Part shown: positions 1 to 12,848 of the stretch, piece by piece | How positions within the stretch are numbered: position 1 is the first letter of the stretch | Layout of the letters: each line of letters opens with the position of its first letter | From: Malacoraja senta | Lineage: Eukaryota | Assembly: GCA_038087875.1 (NCBI GenBank) | Contig: JAXLNO010004831.1 | Location: forward strand, 62,001 to 126,000 | Direction of reading: 5' to 3' | DNA length: 64,000 nt | Notes under the pieces: model-generated | Seen by the model: the letters and a program-made list of their open reading frames with translations, nothing else | Databases searched by the model: none | Told to the model about the DNA's origin: nothing | Made by a program: the position numbers and the translations under genes

Positions 1-369
1 TGTAGTCCTTCTTAAATAGATGCACAACAATTGCCAACCTCCAGTTATCCGGCACCTCACCCATGTCTAACAATGATTCATATCTCTCAGTCAGGGCGCT
101 TGCAATTTCTTCTCTAGCTCCCCACATTGTCCTCTGATATATGTGATCAGGTCTGGGTGAATTATCTACTTTCATATGTCTTAGGATTTCCAGCACATCA
201 TGTAGAAGGTACAGGAGCCTTAAAACTGTAACGCCAGGTTCAGGAATAACTTCTACCCTACAGCCTTTAGGCTATTAAACACTACAGCCTTAAACAAGCT
301 CTTAACTACATAGACTATTATTGTTATTGTTGCACCATTATTGTTTGTTTTTTGTGTGTACATACGAGT

Positions 370-446
370 GAGTGTGTGTGTATATATATATATATGAATA
401 TGATCTGTATATATGTGTATTTGTGAGTATGTGTATATATATACAC
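370..446. repeat. (TG)n/(TA)n compound microsatellite in a LINE 3' UTR remnant
   Basis: Direct inspection. Confidence 0.8.
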
Positions 447-1954
447 ACCCAGATATTTTTATTTCTTGTTTCTTATATTGTTTACAGTGTACTATGTTTA
501 CATATTCTGTTGTGCTTGCTGCAAGTAAGAATGTCATTGTTCTATCTAGGACATCTCTATATAACTAAAAGTCTTTGGCTTGTTTGTGCCCACGGTGTGT
601 CTCTGTGTGTGTCAATCTGGTTAATTCCTATCTTCTTCCTAATGCTAGTTCACAGCTTTCTCATTTTCACACGTCGTACTCACATTTTCCCGTGGTGGCG
701 ATAAACATCTTCCCGTCACATTTCCACCTATATTTCCGAAGTTATTAATCGTTAAATTTTTTTAAACAGTCTGATTTCTTCAAACTCTTCCATTTTGGAA
801 ACAAAATCCGAGTGACTTCACAATGCACTCGCAAGGTAGGACAGGACCACTCCAGGAGGGATAGGCACTCCAGTGCTCCAACCCTCCCTCCCCCCTCCCC
901 ACCCCCCTCCATTGCACCAATCACGATGGGCTCTCAAGCTGCCGAGTGCCACACCCCCTGCCCCCTCCCCCTCATCATGATTAAAGTTTTTTTTTAAGCC
1001 AAACGGGTTGCGTTGGGGGAACGGATGAGTACTGGAATATTTCGTTGGGGGAGCAGACCCGGTCTGCACTTGGTCTAGTATGACAATAAAACAATATTGA
1101 CTCTTGAATGTACATAAAGTATCTTTGGATTCTTTGCCAGAGTTGACACCAAAATTGATAAGTATATTAGGTAATGATAATTGTTGTCTAAGATTACAAA
1201 ATAATTTTGATCAACCGGAAAGGTATGGAGGTGAGGGGATGGGAGGTGAGGGGGTGTGGGGAAGGAATGCCAATTGAAATCTAACTCAAACAAGTGTGAT
1301 TTGATGCCTTTTGGGAAGTCAAATCAGGGCTGGCCAAATCTATTGCAGGATTGTAAATGGAGCTGTACCTTGGTGTACAATTACATAGTTCCCTGAAAAT
1401 GGCATCATAGTTTGATAGGGTAGTGAAGGGAATATATGTCTGAAGAATCGCCTCGACCCAAAACGTCACCCATTCCTTCTCTCCAGAAATATTGCCGCTG
1501 AGTCTCTCTAGCTTTTTGTGTCTATCTTCGGTTTAAATTAGCATCTGCTGTTCATCCCTACACAGAGTATATGTTATGCCTTGTTTCCTCAGCCATGGTA
1601 CTGAGGACTAGGGTTGGGGTGTCGTGTTACAGTTGTACAGAATGTTGAACAGGCAACCATTAATCTGTCCAGGGGCTCAGCTGATTTGTTGCACAATAGA
1701 CTCTAATCCAAGGTCTGAACTCTGAAAAGAAAATCAAGAAATTCAAGTTGCCACTCATCCAGGGGCTGAATAACAAAACACATCTTAGTTTTGCTTATCT
1801 GGCTTGAGAACTCTTAACATTGATCTATTTTCCTTCATAGTGTACTCCCTTTATAAAATGGCCATTCCCAGACATCTATCCTGTGTCCACACTGTTTTCC
1901 AAGGGCACCTCACCTATTTACAGCTCTGCTCTCAACAAGTATCAATCACATTAT

Positions 1955-2085
1955 CCCTCTCTCTATCTATCACCTCCATCTCACTATATCTCTCTCTCTC
2001 TATCTCCCTATCTCTCTCCATCTATTTATCTCTCCATCTCTCATCCCTCAGCTCTATCTCTCTTTCCTTCATCTCTTTCATTTCT
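1955..2085. repeat. Degenerate (TC)n/(TATC)n pyrimidine tract
   Basis: Direct inspection. Confidence 0.85.
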
Positions 2086-2321
2086 GCAAATTGAAATCAT
2101 TAATCAGTCTGAGAGCACTGTGTGTGACTGAATGACATCAGAGCATCAGTCCCTGAGGCATACCACTGGTCACAGGCTTCCTATGTAAAAAAAACAACCC
2201 TGCACTACCATTCTCTGACTCCTACCCCCAAGCCAACTCTGTGTCCAATTGACTAGCTCACCCTGGATCCCATGTTTTCCAACCTAATGGACCAGCCACC
2301 CATATGGGGCCTTGCTGAAGG

Positions 2322-2632
2322 ATGGCATGGTGGCATAGTCGTAAGGCTACTGCTTTACAGTGCCAGAGACCTGGGTTCAGTCCTGACTACAAGTGCTTTT
2401 CTAAATGGAGTTTGTACGTTCTCCCCGTGACCTGCGTAGGTTTTCTCCAAGATCTTCGGTTTCCTCCCACACTTCAAAGACGTACAGGTTTGTACGTTAA
2501 TTGGCTTGGTATAAAAGGTAAAATTACCCCTAGTGTGTGTAGGGTAGCGTTAAAATGTGGGGATCGCTGGTCGGTGCAGGCCCGGTGGGCTGTAGGGTCT
2601 GTTTCCTCACTGTATCTCTAAACTAAACTAAA
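2322..2632 (+). mobile_element. tRNA-derived SINE (HE1/V-SINE-like)
   Basis: Pol III box-like head, central GGAGTTTGTACGTTCTCCCCGTG..GGTTTCCTCCCACA domain, tail CTGTATCTCTAAACTAAACTAAA. Confidence 0.85.
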
Positions 2633-2876
2633 CATAGACAACATCTGTCATCCAATCACACACTGGGCAATTTACAAAATTCAATTAACCAACCAACTCG
2701 CATGTCTTTGAGATATAGCAGGAACGGAGCATTTGGTGGAGATCCACGTGTCATAGGGAGAACAAGAAAATGATACACGTTGTACCCGAGATCAGGATTG
2801 AATCCAAGTTGCTGTAGCAGAGGGGCACCAATTCTGCCAGTTGCCTCAATGTACTGCCTTTTAAAAAGAAAATTGA

Positions 2877-3186
2877 AAGCCTATCCCACTGTACGAGGTA
2901 ATTCAAGAGCTCTCCCGAGTTTAAAAAAAAATTAAACTCGTGGTAAGCACGTAGAATGTACGTAGCGGGTACGTCGGAGCTCGGGAAGTCTCCTAGCGGC
3001 TCGTAACGCTAACGGCAGGTACTTGGGAAACGCGGTAAGCTCGTGAAGACTCGTGAAGATTTTTCAACATGTTGAAAAAAGTCCACGAGAGCCCCAAGTG
3101 CCTACGACCGGCAATTACCGTAATTCTCCGAGTTCAAATCAGGGGAAACTCGGGAGAACTCGCTCGTACAGTGGGACAGGGCCTTT
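2877..3186. mobile_element. MITE with TIRs related to the Harbinger-type family
   Basis: GCCTATCCCACTGTACGAG ... CTCGTACAGTGGGACAGGGC inverted ends, CpG-rich noncoding interior of ~310 bp. Confidence 0.7.
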
Positions 3187-3231
3187 AAGCTGTGTCTGCG
3201 TTGTCCAAGCACACACTCTCAGGGCAGAATT

Positions 3232-3540
3232 AGTTTAGTTTAGTTTAGAGATACAGCGTGGAAACAGGCCTTTCGGCCTACCAAGTTTGCCAAGACCAAT
3301 GATCCCTTTACATTGGCACTACCCTACACACACTAGGTACAAATTACAATTTACAAACCAATTAACCTACAAACCTGTACGTCTTTGGAGTGTGGGAGGA
3401 AACTGGAGCACCCGGAGAAAACCCATGCGTTCACCCAACATACAAACTCCGTGCAGACCGCACCCATAGTCAGGATCGAACCCTGGTGTCTGTTGCTATA
3501 AGGCAGCAACTCTACTGCTGCGCCGCCCTGCCGCCCCTAA
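3232..3540 (-). mobile_element. tRNA-derived SINE (HE1/V-SINE-like)
   Basis: Reverse complement of the same family, with the (TTTAG)n tail at 3232-3250. Confidence 0.85.
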
Positions 3541-3940
3541 GTATAGATATAGGGAAAGATACAGCAGCCTGAAAACCGTGACAACCAGATTCAAGAATAG
3601 CCTCTTCTCAGCAAACATCAGGCTCTTCAACACCACACAAAACTAACTTCAGCATCTATGATCATCTGTCTTTGAATGTAATATGAATTTAGTTTTTTGC
3701 ACTATTATGATAGTCCAGTATTACAGTTATTAATTTATTGTTTTACTGGTTGTTTTATATTATCTCTGTGTTATTGCAGTTACATGCAGGTGAAGCTGCA
3801 GCAAGTCAGAATTTTGTTGTTCTATTGTTGATACATATGACAATTAAACGACTCTTACCTCACATTTGATCTTGGGTAAAGCTCACTCCATATTACCCCC
3901 ACCATACACTCAAGAAAAGTACAAGGAACAAGTACATGTT

Positions 3941-4965
3941 TAAGAAAGAACTGCAGATGCTGGAAAAATCCAAGGTAGACAAAAATGCTGGAGAAACTCA
4001 GCGGTGAGGCATCATCTATGGAGCAAAGGAATAGGTGACGTTTTGGGTCGAGACCCTTCTTCAGACTGATGTGGGGGTGGGGGGGGCGGGAAGAAGAAAG
4101 GAAGAGGTGGAGATAGTAGGCTGTGGGAGAGCTTCGAAGGGGATGGGGAAGGAGGGAGAAAGCAAAGACTACCTGAAAATGGAGGTCAATGTTCATACCG
4201 CTGGGGTGTAAACTACCCAAGCGAAAAATGATATGCTGCTCCTCCAATTGCGGAGGGTCTTACTCTGGCGTGGAGGAGACCCAGGAAAGAAAGGTCGGAT
4301 TCTGAATGGGAGGGGGAGTTGAAGTGCTGAGCCACCGGGAGATCAGGTTGGTTAATGCGGACTGAGCGGAGGTGTTGGGCGAAGCGATCGCCAAGCCTGC
4401 GCTTGGTCTCACCGATGTAGAGCAGTTGACACCTAGAGCAGCGGATGCAATAGATGAGGTTGGAGGAGGGGCAGGTGAACCTCTGCCTCACTTGGAAAGA
4501 CTGCTTAGGCCCTTGGATGGAGTCAAGGGGGGAGATAAAGCGACAAGTGTAGCATTTCCTGCGGTTGCAAGGGAAAGTGCCAGGGGAGGGGAAGGTTAGG
4601 GAATGGGGCTTCTTCTCTTCGACTATAGATGAGGCTCTCACCAGGGTATCTTCTATATCTCGTTGCTCCGCTCTCAATCCCCATCCCCCCACTCGTGACA
4701 AGTCCCCCTTGTCCTCACATTCCACCCTACCAGCCGTCACATACAACAGATAATCCTCCAACATATTCGCCACCTCCAACGGGATCCCATCACTGGCCAC
4801 ATCTTCTCATCTTTCAGCTTTCTGCAGAGACTGCTCCCTCTGTAACTCCCTGGTCAATTTGTCCCTTCCCACCCAAGCCACCCCCTCCCCTGGTACTTTC
4901 CCTTGCCACTGCAGGAAATGCTACACTTGTCGCTTTACCTCCCCCCTTAACTCCATCCAAGGACC
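3941..4965 (-). mobile_element. Penelope-like element 3' part (GIY-YIG endonuclease) with terminal repeat and an inverted segment
   Basis: ORF 4213-4800: NLIYCIRCSRCQLLYIGETKRRLGDRFAQH..VAQHF. 4600-4965 is the same family on the plus strand. Confidence 0.88.
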
Positions 4966-5764
4966 TAGGCATGCCATGCTATCCAAACAGATTAGATATA
5001 CCATACACAGATATAATCAATTAAAAGGGGAATAATATCATGCAGCATAACGATCTCAGCATTGTAGCGCATCAGTTCCAGTGAGAAAGACCAATGATCT
5101 CGGTGGATAGACGTAAATCATACTTACCATAACCTACAGAAAAACTGTTCAGAAGCCAGATAACAGAGGGGAACAAGCTGTCACTGAGGCTGGTGGTACG
5201 TGCCTTCAATCTTCTGGACCTTGTGCCAGACGGGAGCCAAACCTATCCATGCCTTTCATAATTTTGCATACTTCTATCAGGGCTCCCCTCAACTAATTGG
5301 AGCAGGAAACCAATGTAGGAACTCAGTTTTGGCAATGATACAAAAATAGATGAAATGGCACGGTTTAATGAGGAAAGTATGATTTTACAACAGGATATAG
5401 ATAGCTTGAGTGATTAGTCAAAACCTGGCTAATGTGTTTAATGTGGGAAACTGTGAGGTCATGCTGAAGATAGACACAAAATGCTGGAGTAACTCAGCAG
5501 GACAGGCAGCATCTCTAGATAGAAGGAATGGGTGACGTTTCAGGTCGAGACCCATTTTCAGACTGCAGAACTCTCGTTGGAGAGAGGAGGAGAACCTCTT
5601 CAAAGTAGGCATACCTTGAGGCGATTTCTCAGTGGAGAAGCCAAATTGTGTAGGAAGGAACTGCAAATGCTGCCTCACACTGAAGATAGACACAAAATGC
5701 TGGAGTAACTTAGCAGGACAAGCAGCATCTCTAGGTAGAATTGGTAATGTTTCGAGTCATGCTC

Positions 5765-6520
5765 TTTGGCATGAGGAATCAAGTCAGCTTGCCCCAATCA
5801 GTATCAATGGTGCCAAAGTAGAAATGATTGAGAGCTTCAAATTCTTTGGTGTAAATATTACCAACGAACCTTGATGGACCAACCACATTGAAGGGACAGC
5901 CAAGAAGGCACACCAATGCCTCCATTTCCTCAGACGACTGAGGAAATTTGGTATGTGTCCAATGACTCTTACCAACTTCCATAGATGCACCATAGAAAGC
6001 ATACTATCAGATTATATCACAGCTTGTTTTCAGAATAGCTTTGCCCAAGACCACAAGATATTGCAGAGAGGTGTGGATGTAGCACAGTCCATCACACAGA
6101 CCAGACTGCCCATCATTGTCTCCATTTACACTTCCTGCCTCTTCAGGAAGACAGCCAACATAGTCAAAGACCTTTCTCACACTAGTGATTCCTTTTTTCT
6201 CCACTTCCATCAGGCAGAAGATGCAGAGCTTAAAGGTGTAGAGCACCAGACACAGGAACAGCTTCTTCTCCTCTGTTATCAGGCTTTTGAATGTTCCATG
6301 TGCTAGGACCCATTCCCAATTCTCCTTTACCTCAATATGGCCATTGGATTTTGTCTCTGGAACTGTTGTACAATAATGTTGAGAGCTATATTCTTCACTC
6401 TGTATCTTATCCTTCAGTCTGCCTATTGTACTTGCGTTTGGCTTGATAGTATTTATGTATACAACAGCAAACACAATGCTTTTCACCGTACCTTGGTACA
6501 CATCACAATACCAAACCTAA
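5765..6520 (+). mobile_element. Decayed Rex1-type LINE 3' fragment
   Basis: VEMIESFKFFGVNIT..KAHQCLHFLRRL..TNFHRCTIESILS..KTANIVKD. Confidence 0.75.
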
Positions 6521-7514
6521 AGCTAAACCTTAAATGGTGGATTATTGTCTAAATGGAGAGAGACTGTAACTGAGTGAAGTTCAGATGGGATCTTGGTATT
6601 CAAGTGCATGCATCAAATTAAGTTAGTAGCAGGCCCAGTAACCAATGGAAAAAATGCAGTCTTTACTGCAAAGGAGATGGAATTTAAGAACAGGGAAGTT
6701 ATATTGGAATTATGCAGGATGATAGTGAGTCAATAACTGGAAAACCGCACACAGTTTAACATTAAAAATGGTATAGGAGCATTGGATGCAGACCAGGTGA
6801 AATTCACCAAACTAAGTCAAGAGATGAAAAGGTTGTCCCATCAAGAGCGGTAAACACTTTAGGTCTGCATTCCTTGGAGTGTAGAAAGTGATGAGTGACC
6901 TTATTCACGCATGCAATATCTTAAGGGGCTTTTCATGATAGATGTTGATATGTTTCACTGGTGGGAAAGTCTAAAAACAATGGGAAACAACTACAGAATA
7001 AGGGACCAGTTGTTTAAAACTGAGGTACATAAAAATTACTTCTTTCAGAAGGGTGTGAATCGCTGGACTTCTGTGCCCAGAGGTGGTGGTGGCTAAGGCA
7101 TTAGATATGCTTATGAACAGATAGAGAAAGCTTTGAAAGATTCAGGCAATTGAGGGTTTTGGGGTAATGGAACAGAGGAGGAGTAGTCCACTCCTGCTAT
7201 TCTTACTTGTGTTGTTGACGATTACCCTCATGAATAAAGTTAGACATGCAACCAACATTTCAATGAGAGGTGCCTCAGAGTGGCACAGCAGTGGAGTTAC
7301 TTCCTTGCAGTACCTGTGACTCAGGTTTGATCCTGACTAAGGGTGCTGTCTGTACCAACTTTGTATGATCTCTCTGTGACTGCATGGGTTTTCCCCTGGT
7401 GCTTTGGTTTCGTCCCAGTTCCAAAGACCTGCAGGTTTATAGGTTAATTGGCATCTGTAAATTGTCCCATGTGTATAGGATAGAACTGTGTAGGCAGCAC
7501 GGTGATGCAAAGGG

Positions 7515-7800
7515 GTGGCACGGAGTAGCAGCGGTAGAGTTGCTACCTTGCAGTGGCAGAGACCCAGGTTTTATCCTGACCATGGGTGCCGTATGTATGG
7601 ATTTTTTAACGTTCTCCCCGTGACCTGTGTGGGTTTTCTCTGGGGGTTCCAGCTTCCTCCCACTCTCCAAAGACATGCAGGTTTGCAGGTTAATTGGCCC
7701 CAGGTGTGTGTAGGATAGTGTTAGTGTGGGGGGGTCACTGGTCAGCACAGACTCAGTGGGCCTAAGGGCCTGTTTCAAGGCTGTACCTCTAAACCAAACT
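7515..7800 (+). mobile_element. tRNA-derived SINE (second copy immediately upstream at ~7275-7510)
   Basis: Same head, central domain and tail motifs. Confidence 0.8.
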
Positions 7801-8689
7801 AATCTAAGGAGCTGAGGCCAACTGAACAGTGATCATTTTATTGAATGGTGGGACAAGTTTGGTGACTATTCTCAGGGGCTGATAGCCTACTACTGTTCTA
7901 TTTCCTCCTGTTCTTGATAGTTCCCCTCATGGAGGAAACTAGACCTTGGAGGCCAAGGTTTCAAACTGAGGAGAAAATGGTTTTATTTTTTTCCCAGATG
8001 ATAACGAACCGTGGGAATTTTCAACTGCAGAGTGTAGATTCATTATGTTACTGAGATGGATGGATTTGTTTCTTTGGGAAGTTGTGGGTTACTGGCTACA
8101 GACTCTTCTGGTCATGAGTAGATCAGTCATGACCTAATTGAGCTGCAGAACAGACTTTACTCATGGCCAATAAATACTTCATTTTTCTTGTGATCTCTAC
8201 AATTACCCATTACAATCATTGCACTCTTGTTTATGATTGTAGTCATGTATGGTGTATTATGACTGGATAGCATGCAAAACATGGTATTTCACCGTATTTT
8301 TGTACACATTACAATAATAAACTAAACTAAACTTTAGGGAGAAGGGAGCAGAATAATGTGGCCTCTATCAGTGGTTGAGTAATATGGACTAAAACATTGG
8401 TTTGGACTAATTCTGCCAGTGGCTTGTGGGCCTATTCCTGCTTCTCCTTTTTTGTGTTCATGTATTTGATGTCTCTTGCTTACTGTGGTCACTGCTGTGA
8501 GTTATAACTCCAGTAACATAAGCAAATTAGTTCAGCACTATCCGAGCAAAATTAAAAGCATTTTTTAAAATGCAGACTTAAATCTGGTGTAGTGAGGGAG
8601 AAACACAGACATCTTTGGGTTGATTGAAATGATTTTGGTTAAGAGCTGAAAATTAAAATGAATAGAAATTAACATTTTGACATTAGACT

Positions 8690-8960
8690 TCAGAGGTACA
8701 TCACGGAAGCAGGCCCTTCGGCCCAACGAGTCCTCGCTGAGTCCCCGTACAATAGTACTATACCACGACAGGTGACAATTTACAATTTTACCAAAGCAAA
8801 TTAACCTAAAAGCCTGTACTTCTTTGAGATGTGGGAGGAAACTGGAGCACCCAGAGAAAAACAATGCAGTCACGCATGGAGATGCAGGGAGAATGTACAA
8901 ACACCGTACAGACAGCACCGTTAGTCAGAATCAACCTGAGTCTCTGCTGCTATAGGCAGC
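8690..8960 (-). mobile_element. tRNA-derived SINE
   Basis: Same family on the minus strand. Confidence 0.75.
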
Positions 8961-9359
8961 AACTCTACCGTTGCAACACTGAGGATATCTTGAATTACAA
9001 AAGCAATATTTTGGGCTCATCACCAACCATACAAGCACCTGCATTCTTTATATGGTACATTAATATGGAGTTTATTGCATTGAAACAGGCCCACAAGCCT
9101 GCCCTGTTGTTCAATACAATCCCTCAGTCTTTCCTGATCTGGTTTGATTAGGATGCAAATAAAAGCTTTTCACTATATCACAATACAAGTGACAATAATA
9201 AACCAATACCAATGCTATTGTGTAAGTTCTCCCCATATCTGATAGATAGATCCTTGATAAATTTGTAGACACCATCGCCGTCTATATCCACCACCATTTG
9301 CTGCACAGTTTCAAAGTCCAAACTAGCTTCCAATATAACTGTTTTACAGAATTCCATTT

Positions 9360-9880
9360 TGAGTTGAAAGATACAACATGGAAACAGGCCCTTCAGCCCA
9401 CCATGCTGACCACCGGTCACCCCTTCACACTAGTTCAATGTTATCCCACTTTTTTGTCCAATCCCCACACACGCTAGGGGAAATTTACAGATGTCAATTA
9501 ACTGACAAACCCACACACCTGTGGAATGTGGGAGAAAACCAGAGCACCCGGGAAGAACCCAGATGGTCACAGGAAGAAGGAACAAAATCTACACAGTAGC
9601 TAGACAAAAATGCTGGAGAAACTCAGGGGGTGAGGCAGGATCTATGGAGCGAAGGAATAGTTTTGGGTCAAGACCCTTCTTGGAGGGTCTCAACCGGAAA
9701 CGTCGCCTATTCCTTTGCTCCATGGATGCGGCCTCACCCGCTGAGTTTCTCCAGCATTTTTGTCTACCTTCGATTTTTCCAGCATCTGCAGTTCTTTCTT
9801 AAAGAAAATCTACACGGACAATACCAGGGGTCAGGATCTAACGCTGGTCTCTGGTGCTGTGAGGCAGCAGCACTACCTGT
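9360..9880 (-). mobile_element. tRNA-derived SINE split by an inverted pair of Penelope terminal repeats (~9600-9800)
   Basis: SINE body at 9360-9595 resumes at ~9805-9875 with the head (GGTCAGGATCTAACGCTGGTCTCTGG..GCAGCAGCACTACC). Confidence 0.75.
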
Positions 9881-10433
9881 TGTGGACAGTGTTTGGTTTC
9901 CTCCTTTGTGTTCTGTATTGTAATGATTCAAGTCAGGATAGGCATTGGATTTATGGGTCTCCTGAATGGTAACATAAGGAGCAGTTAGCAGCATAAGAAT
10001 GGAGCGTTATCTGAAACGTAATTACAGTTCCAGGCAACTACGCCCTGCCTTTCCATTCCATTTGCTATAGAGTGCGAACAAAACAAAGTGCTGGAGTAAC
10101 TCAGCAGGTCGGGCGACATCTCTGGAGGACATTGACAGGCGCTGTTTCAGATTGGGACCCTACTTCAGACTGACAATAGTCACCTATCCTTTTTCTCCAA
10201 AGATGCTGCTCGACCCGTTGAGTTACTCCAGCGCTTTGTGTCCATCGTCACCTATCTATGCCCTCCGGAGTTGTGACCTGACCTGTTGAGTTACACCAGC
10301 ACTTTGTGTCTTTTGTTGTTGTAAATCGGCATCAGCACCTCCTCGTGTCTCCATTACAGTCAATTGTTTCCTGCTGGTTCAATGACATCGCTCGACAACT
10401 GGTGTCGACCCGTGGTATTTTGATTCTGATTGC

Positions 10434-10487
10434 ATGATGAGATCCTGCTTTGATGTTGGTGAAGTTTGGCTCAGTTGCTGCTGTTGA
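10434..10487 (+). promoter_or_regulatory. Candidate uORF (MMRSCFDVGEVWLSCCC*) whose TGA overlaps the leader ATG (TGATG)
   Basis: ATG at 10434 and TGA at 10485-10487, sharing the A of the ATG at 10487. Relevant only if transcription starts upstream of 10434. Confidence 0.3.
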
Positions 10488-10559
10488 TGCGTGAGGTTGT
10501 GCGTGAAATGATTCTGTTCATCTTGTTGAGTTTCTTCCGCGTACAAGGGGCTGAAGCAG
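10487..10559 (+). CDS. MHC class I-like gene, leader (signal peptide) exon: MREVVREMILFILLSFFRVQGAEA-G (second in-frame ATG at 10508)
   Basis: Hydrophobic core ILFILLSFF followed by an A-E-A cleavage motif. The exon ends in phase 1 at CAG|GCAAGT (GC-type donor). Splicing to 33848 gives AEA/GPHTLIYY, matching the mature class I N-terminus G-S-H-S-L/M-R-Y. Too short for the ORF track and 23 kb from the next exon, so the link is inferred. Confidence 0.72.
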
Positions 10560-10832
10560 GCAAGTTAATGATTCTCATTTTATTCGCTACTGGCTAAAAG
10601 CGTCTTGGCTTTATCTCAATCTTGACCGGAGGCGACTGAGTTTAAAAAAGCGCGCAATACACATTCAGTCTGGTTCATGGTTCACGTTAAAAGGGTTTAA
10701 TCTCCCCTGTTTCAGTACAATCCAGACTGGAATTTCTGCATTGATTTGCACAATGCCCCGTTTCCTCTGTGGAAGAAGGAACTACAGATATTGCTTTAAA
10801 CTGATTTTAACTCGTGTAAAACAAACAGGAGC

Positions 10833-11752
10833 GAGGCACTCACTAGGGTTTCCTCGCTGCTCCGCTCTTGCTCTCCCTTCCCCCCACATTCATAACAAGG
10901 ACAGAGTCCCCCTTGTCCTCACCTTCCACCCCATCAGCCGTCGCACAGCATATGATCCTCCATCATTTTTGCCACCTCCAACAGGATCCCAATACTGGCC
11001 ACATCTTCCCATCTCCACCTCTTTCTGCTTTCCGTGGAGACCGTTCCCTCCGAAATTCCCTGGTCAACTCGTCCTTTTCCACCCATACCACCCCCTCCCC
11101 AGGTACTTTCCCCTGCAACAGCAGGAGATGCAACACCTGTCCCGTTCCCTCTCCCCTCAACTCCATCCAAGGACCCAAACAGTCTTTCCAGGTGAGGCAG
11201 AGGTTCACCTGCACCTCCTCCAACCTCATCTACTGCATCCGCAGTTGCAGGTGTCAACTCCTCTACATCAGTGAGGCCAAGCACAGGCTCGGCAATCATT
11301 TCACTGAACTACTCTGCTCTGTCCATCTTAACCTACCTGATCTCCTGGTTGCTCAGCACATCAACTTCCCCTCCCATTCACAATCTGACCTTTCTGTCCT
11401 GGGCCTCCTCCATGGTCAGAGTGAGGCCCAGTGCAAATTGGAGGAACAGCACCTCATATTTTGCTTGGGTAGTTTACACCCCAGCGGTATGAACATTGAC
11501 TTCTCTAACTTTAAATATCCCTTGCGTTCCCTCTCTATCCCCTCCCCTTCCCAGTTCTCCCACCAGTCTTAATGTCTTCAACTACATTCCATCTTTGTCC
11601 AGTCAACTCCCCTGACATCAGTCTGAAGAAGGGTCTCGACCCGATAGGTCACCCATTCCTTCTCTCCAGAGATGCTGCCTGCCTGCTGAGTTACTCCAGC
11701 ATTTTGTGTCTACCTTTGAGTTAAACCAGCATCTGCAGTTCTTTCTTACACA
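10833..11752 (+). mobile_element. Penelope-like element 3' part (GIY-YIG) with terminal repeat
   Basis: ORF 10868-11572: CNSRRCNTC..NLIYCIRSCRCQLLYISEAKHRL, followed by the CTGAAGAAGGGTCTCGACCC terminal repeat. Confidence 0.88.
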
Positions 11753-11894
11753 AAGTGCATTGTTTGACAGGTTCATGTTTATGGCCAAATGTGGGAAGAG
11801 AGTGAGGCACTAGTACAATGCAAAATCAATAAAAGATTAGCACACACTGTGGATTTGTTATTGACTGAGTGACAACTCTTAGCTCCAAACGTGC

Positions 11895-12848
11895 GGTCGT
11901 CACGTTTACATGGTTTATTAATGATTTGGATAAGGAGATTGAATGTTTTGTGGCCACGTTTGCAGATGATGCTAAAATAGGTGGAGGGGCAGGCAGTGTA
12001 GAGGATCCAAGGACTTTACAGAAGGACTTGTTCGGGTTAGGAGAGTGGGCAGAGAAGTGGCAGATGAAATTCAGTATAGCAAAGTGTGGGAGACATGCAT
12101 TTGGTAATAAGAATAAATGCGTAGATTATTTTACAAATGGAGGGAGAATCCAGAAATCGGAGGCACACAGTGACATGGGAGTGTTGGTGCAGGACTCCCA
12201 AAAAGGTTAATTTGCAAATTGAATCGGTAGTCAGGAAGGTGATTTATATCAAGAGCACTGGATTACAAAAACAGAAATGTCATTCTGAGGCTTCAAAAGC
12301 GCTGGTCAGGCCACGTTTGGAGTACAGTGTACAAATTTGGGCCCCCTATCTGAGGAAGGATGTGCTGGCTCTGGTTCAGAGGAGGTTTACAAGAATAATT
12401 CCATGAATGAATGGGTTAGCATATGATGATAGTTTGACAGGACTGTGCCTCTACTCGCTGGAGGTAAGAAGGTTGAGGGGGGAACCTCATTGAAACTGAC
12501 AGAATAATGAAAGGCAAAGATAGAGTGGATGTGGAAAGGATGTTTCCACTGGTTGGTGAATCTAGGACCAGAGGTCATAGCCTCCGAATTAAAGGGTGCT
12601 CTTTTAGAAAGGAGGTGAGGAGGAATTTCTTTAGTCAGAGGGTAGTTAATCTGTGGAACACATTGCCACAGAGGGCTGTGAAGGCCAAGTTGGTGGATAT
12701 TTTTAAGGCAGACATCGACAAATTTTTGATTAGAACGGGTTATCATGGAGAGAACGCAGGAAAATGGGATTAGGAGGCACAGATCAGCCATAATGAAATG
12801 GTGGAGTAGACTCGATGGGCCGAATGGCCTAATTCTACTCCTGTAACG
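11895..12848 (+). mobile_element. CR1 LINE 3' fragment
   Basis: FINDLD..FADDAKIGG..WQMKF..KC; ALVRPRLEYSVQIWAPYLRKD; ESRTRGHSLRI..FFSQRVVNLWN; CR1 tail GGCCTAATTCTACTCCT. Confidence 0.88.

Noticed and set aside
1804-2131. Ser/Leu-rich ORFs (and the ORFs at 253-704)
   Set aside because: Translations of (TC)n and (TG/TA)n microsatellites.
2322-2400. tRNA genes at SINE heads
   Set aside because: Only degenerate A/B-box-like heads of SINEs; no cloverleaf or anticodon arm.
10340-10440. Possible class I promoter modules (TGACATC CRE-like at ~10383, CTGATTGC Y-box-like at ~10426)
   Set aside because: Both deviate from consensus, the spacing does not fit an SXY module, and I saw no clear ISRE or kappaB site.
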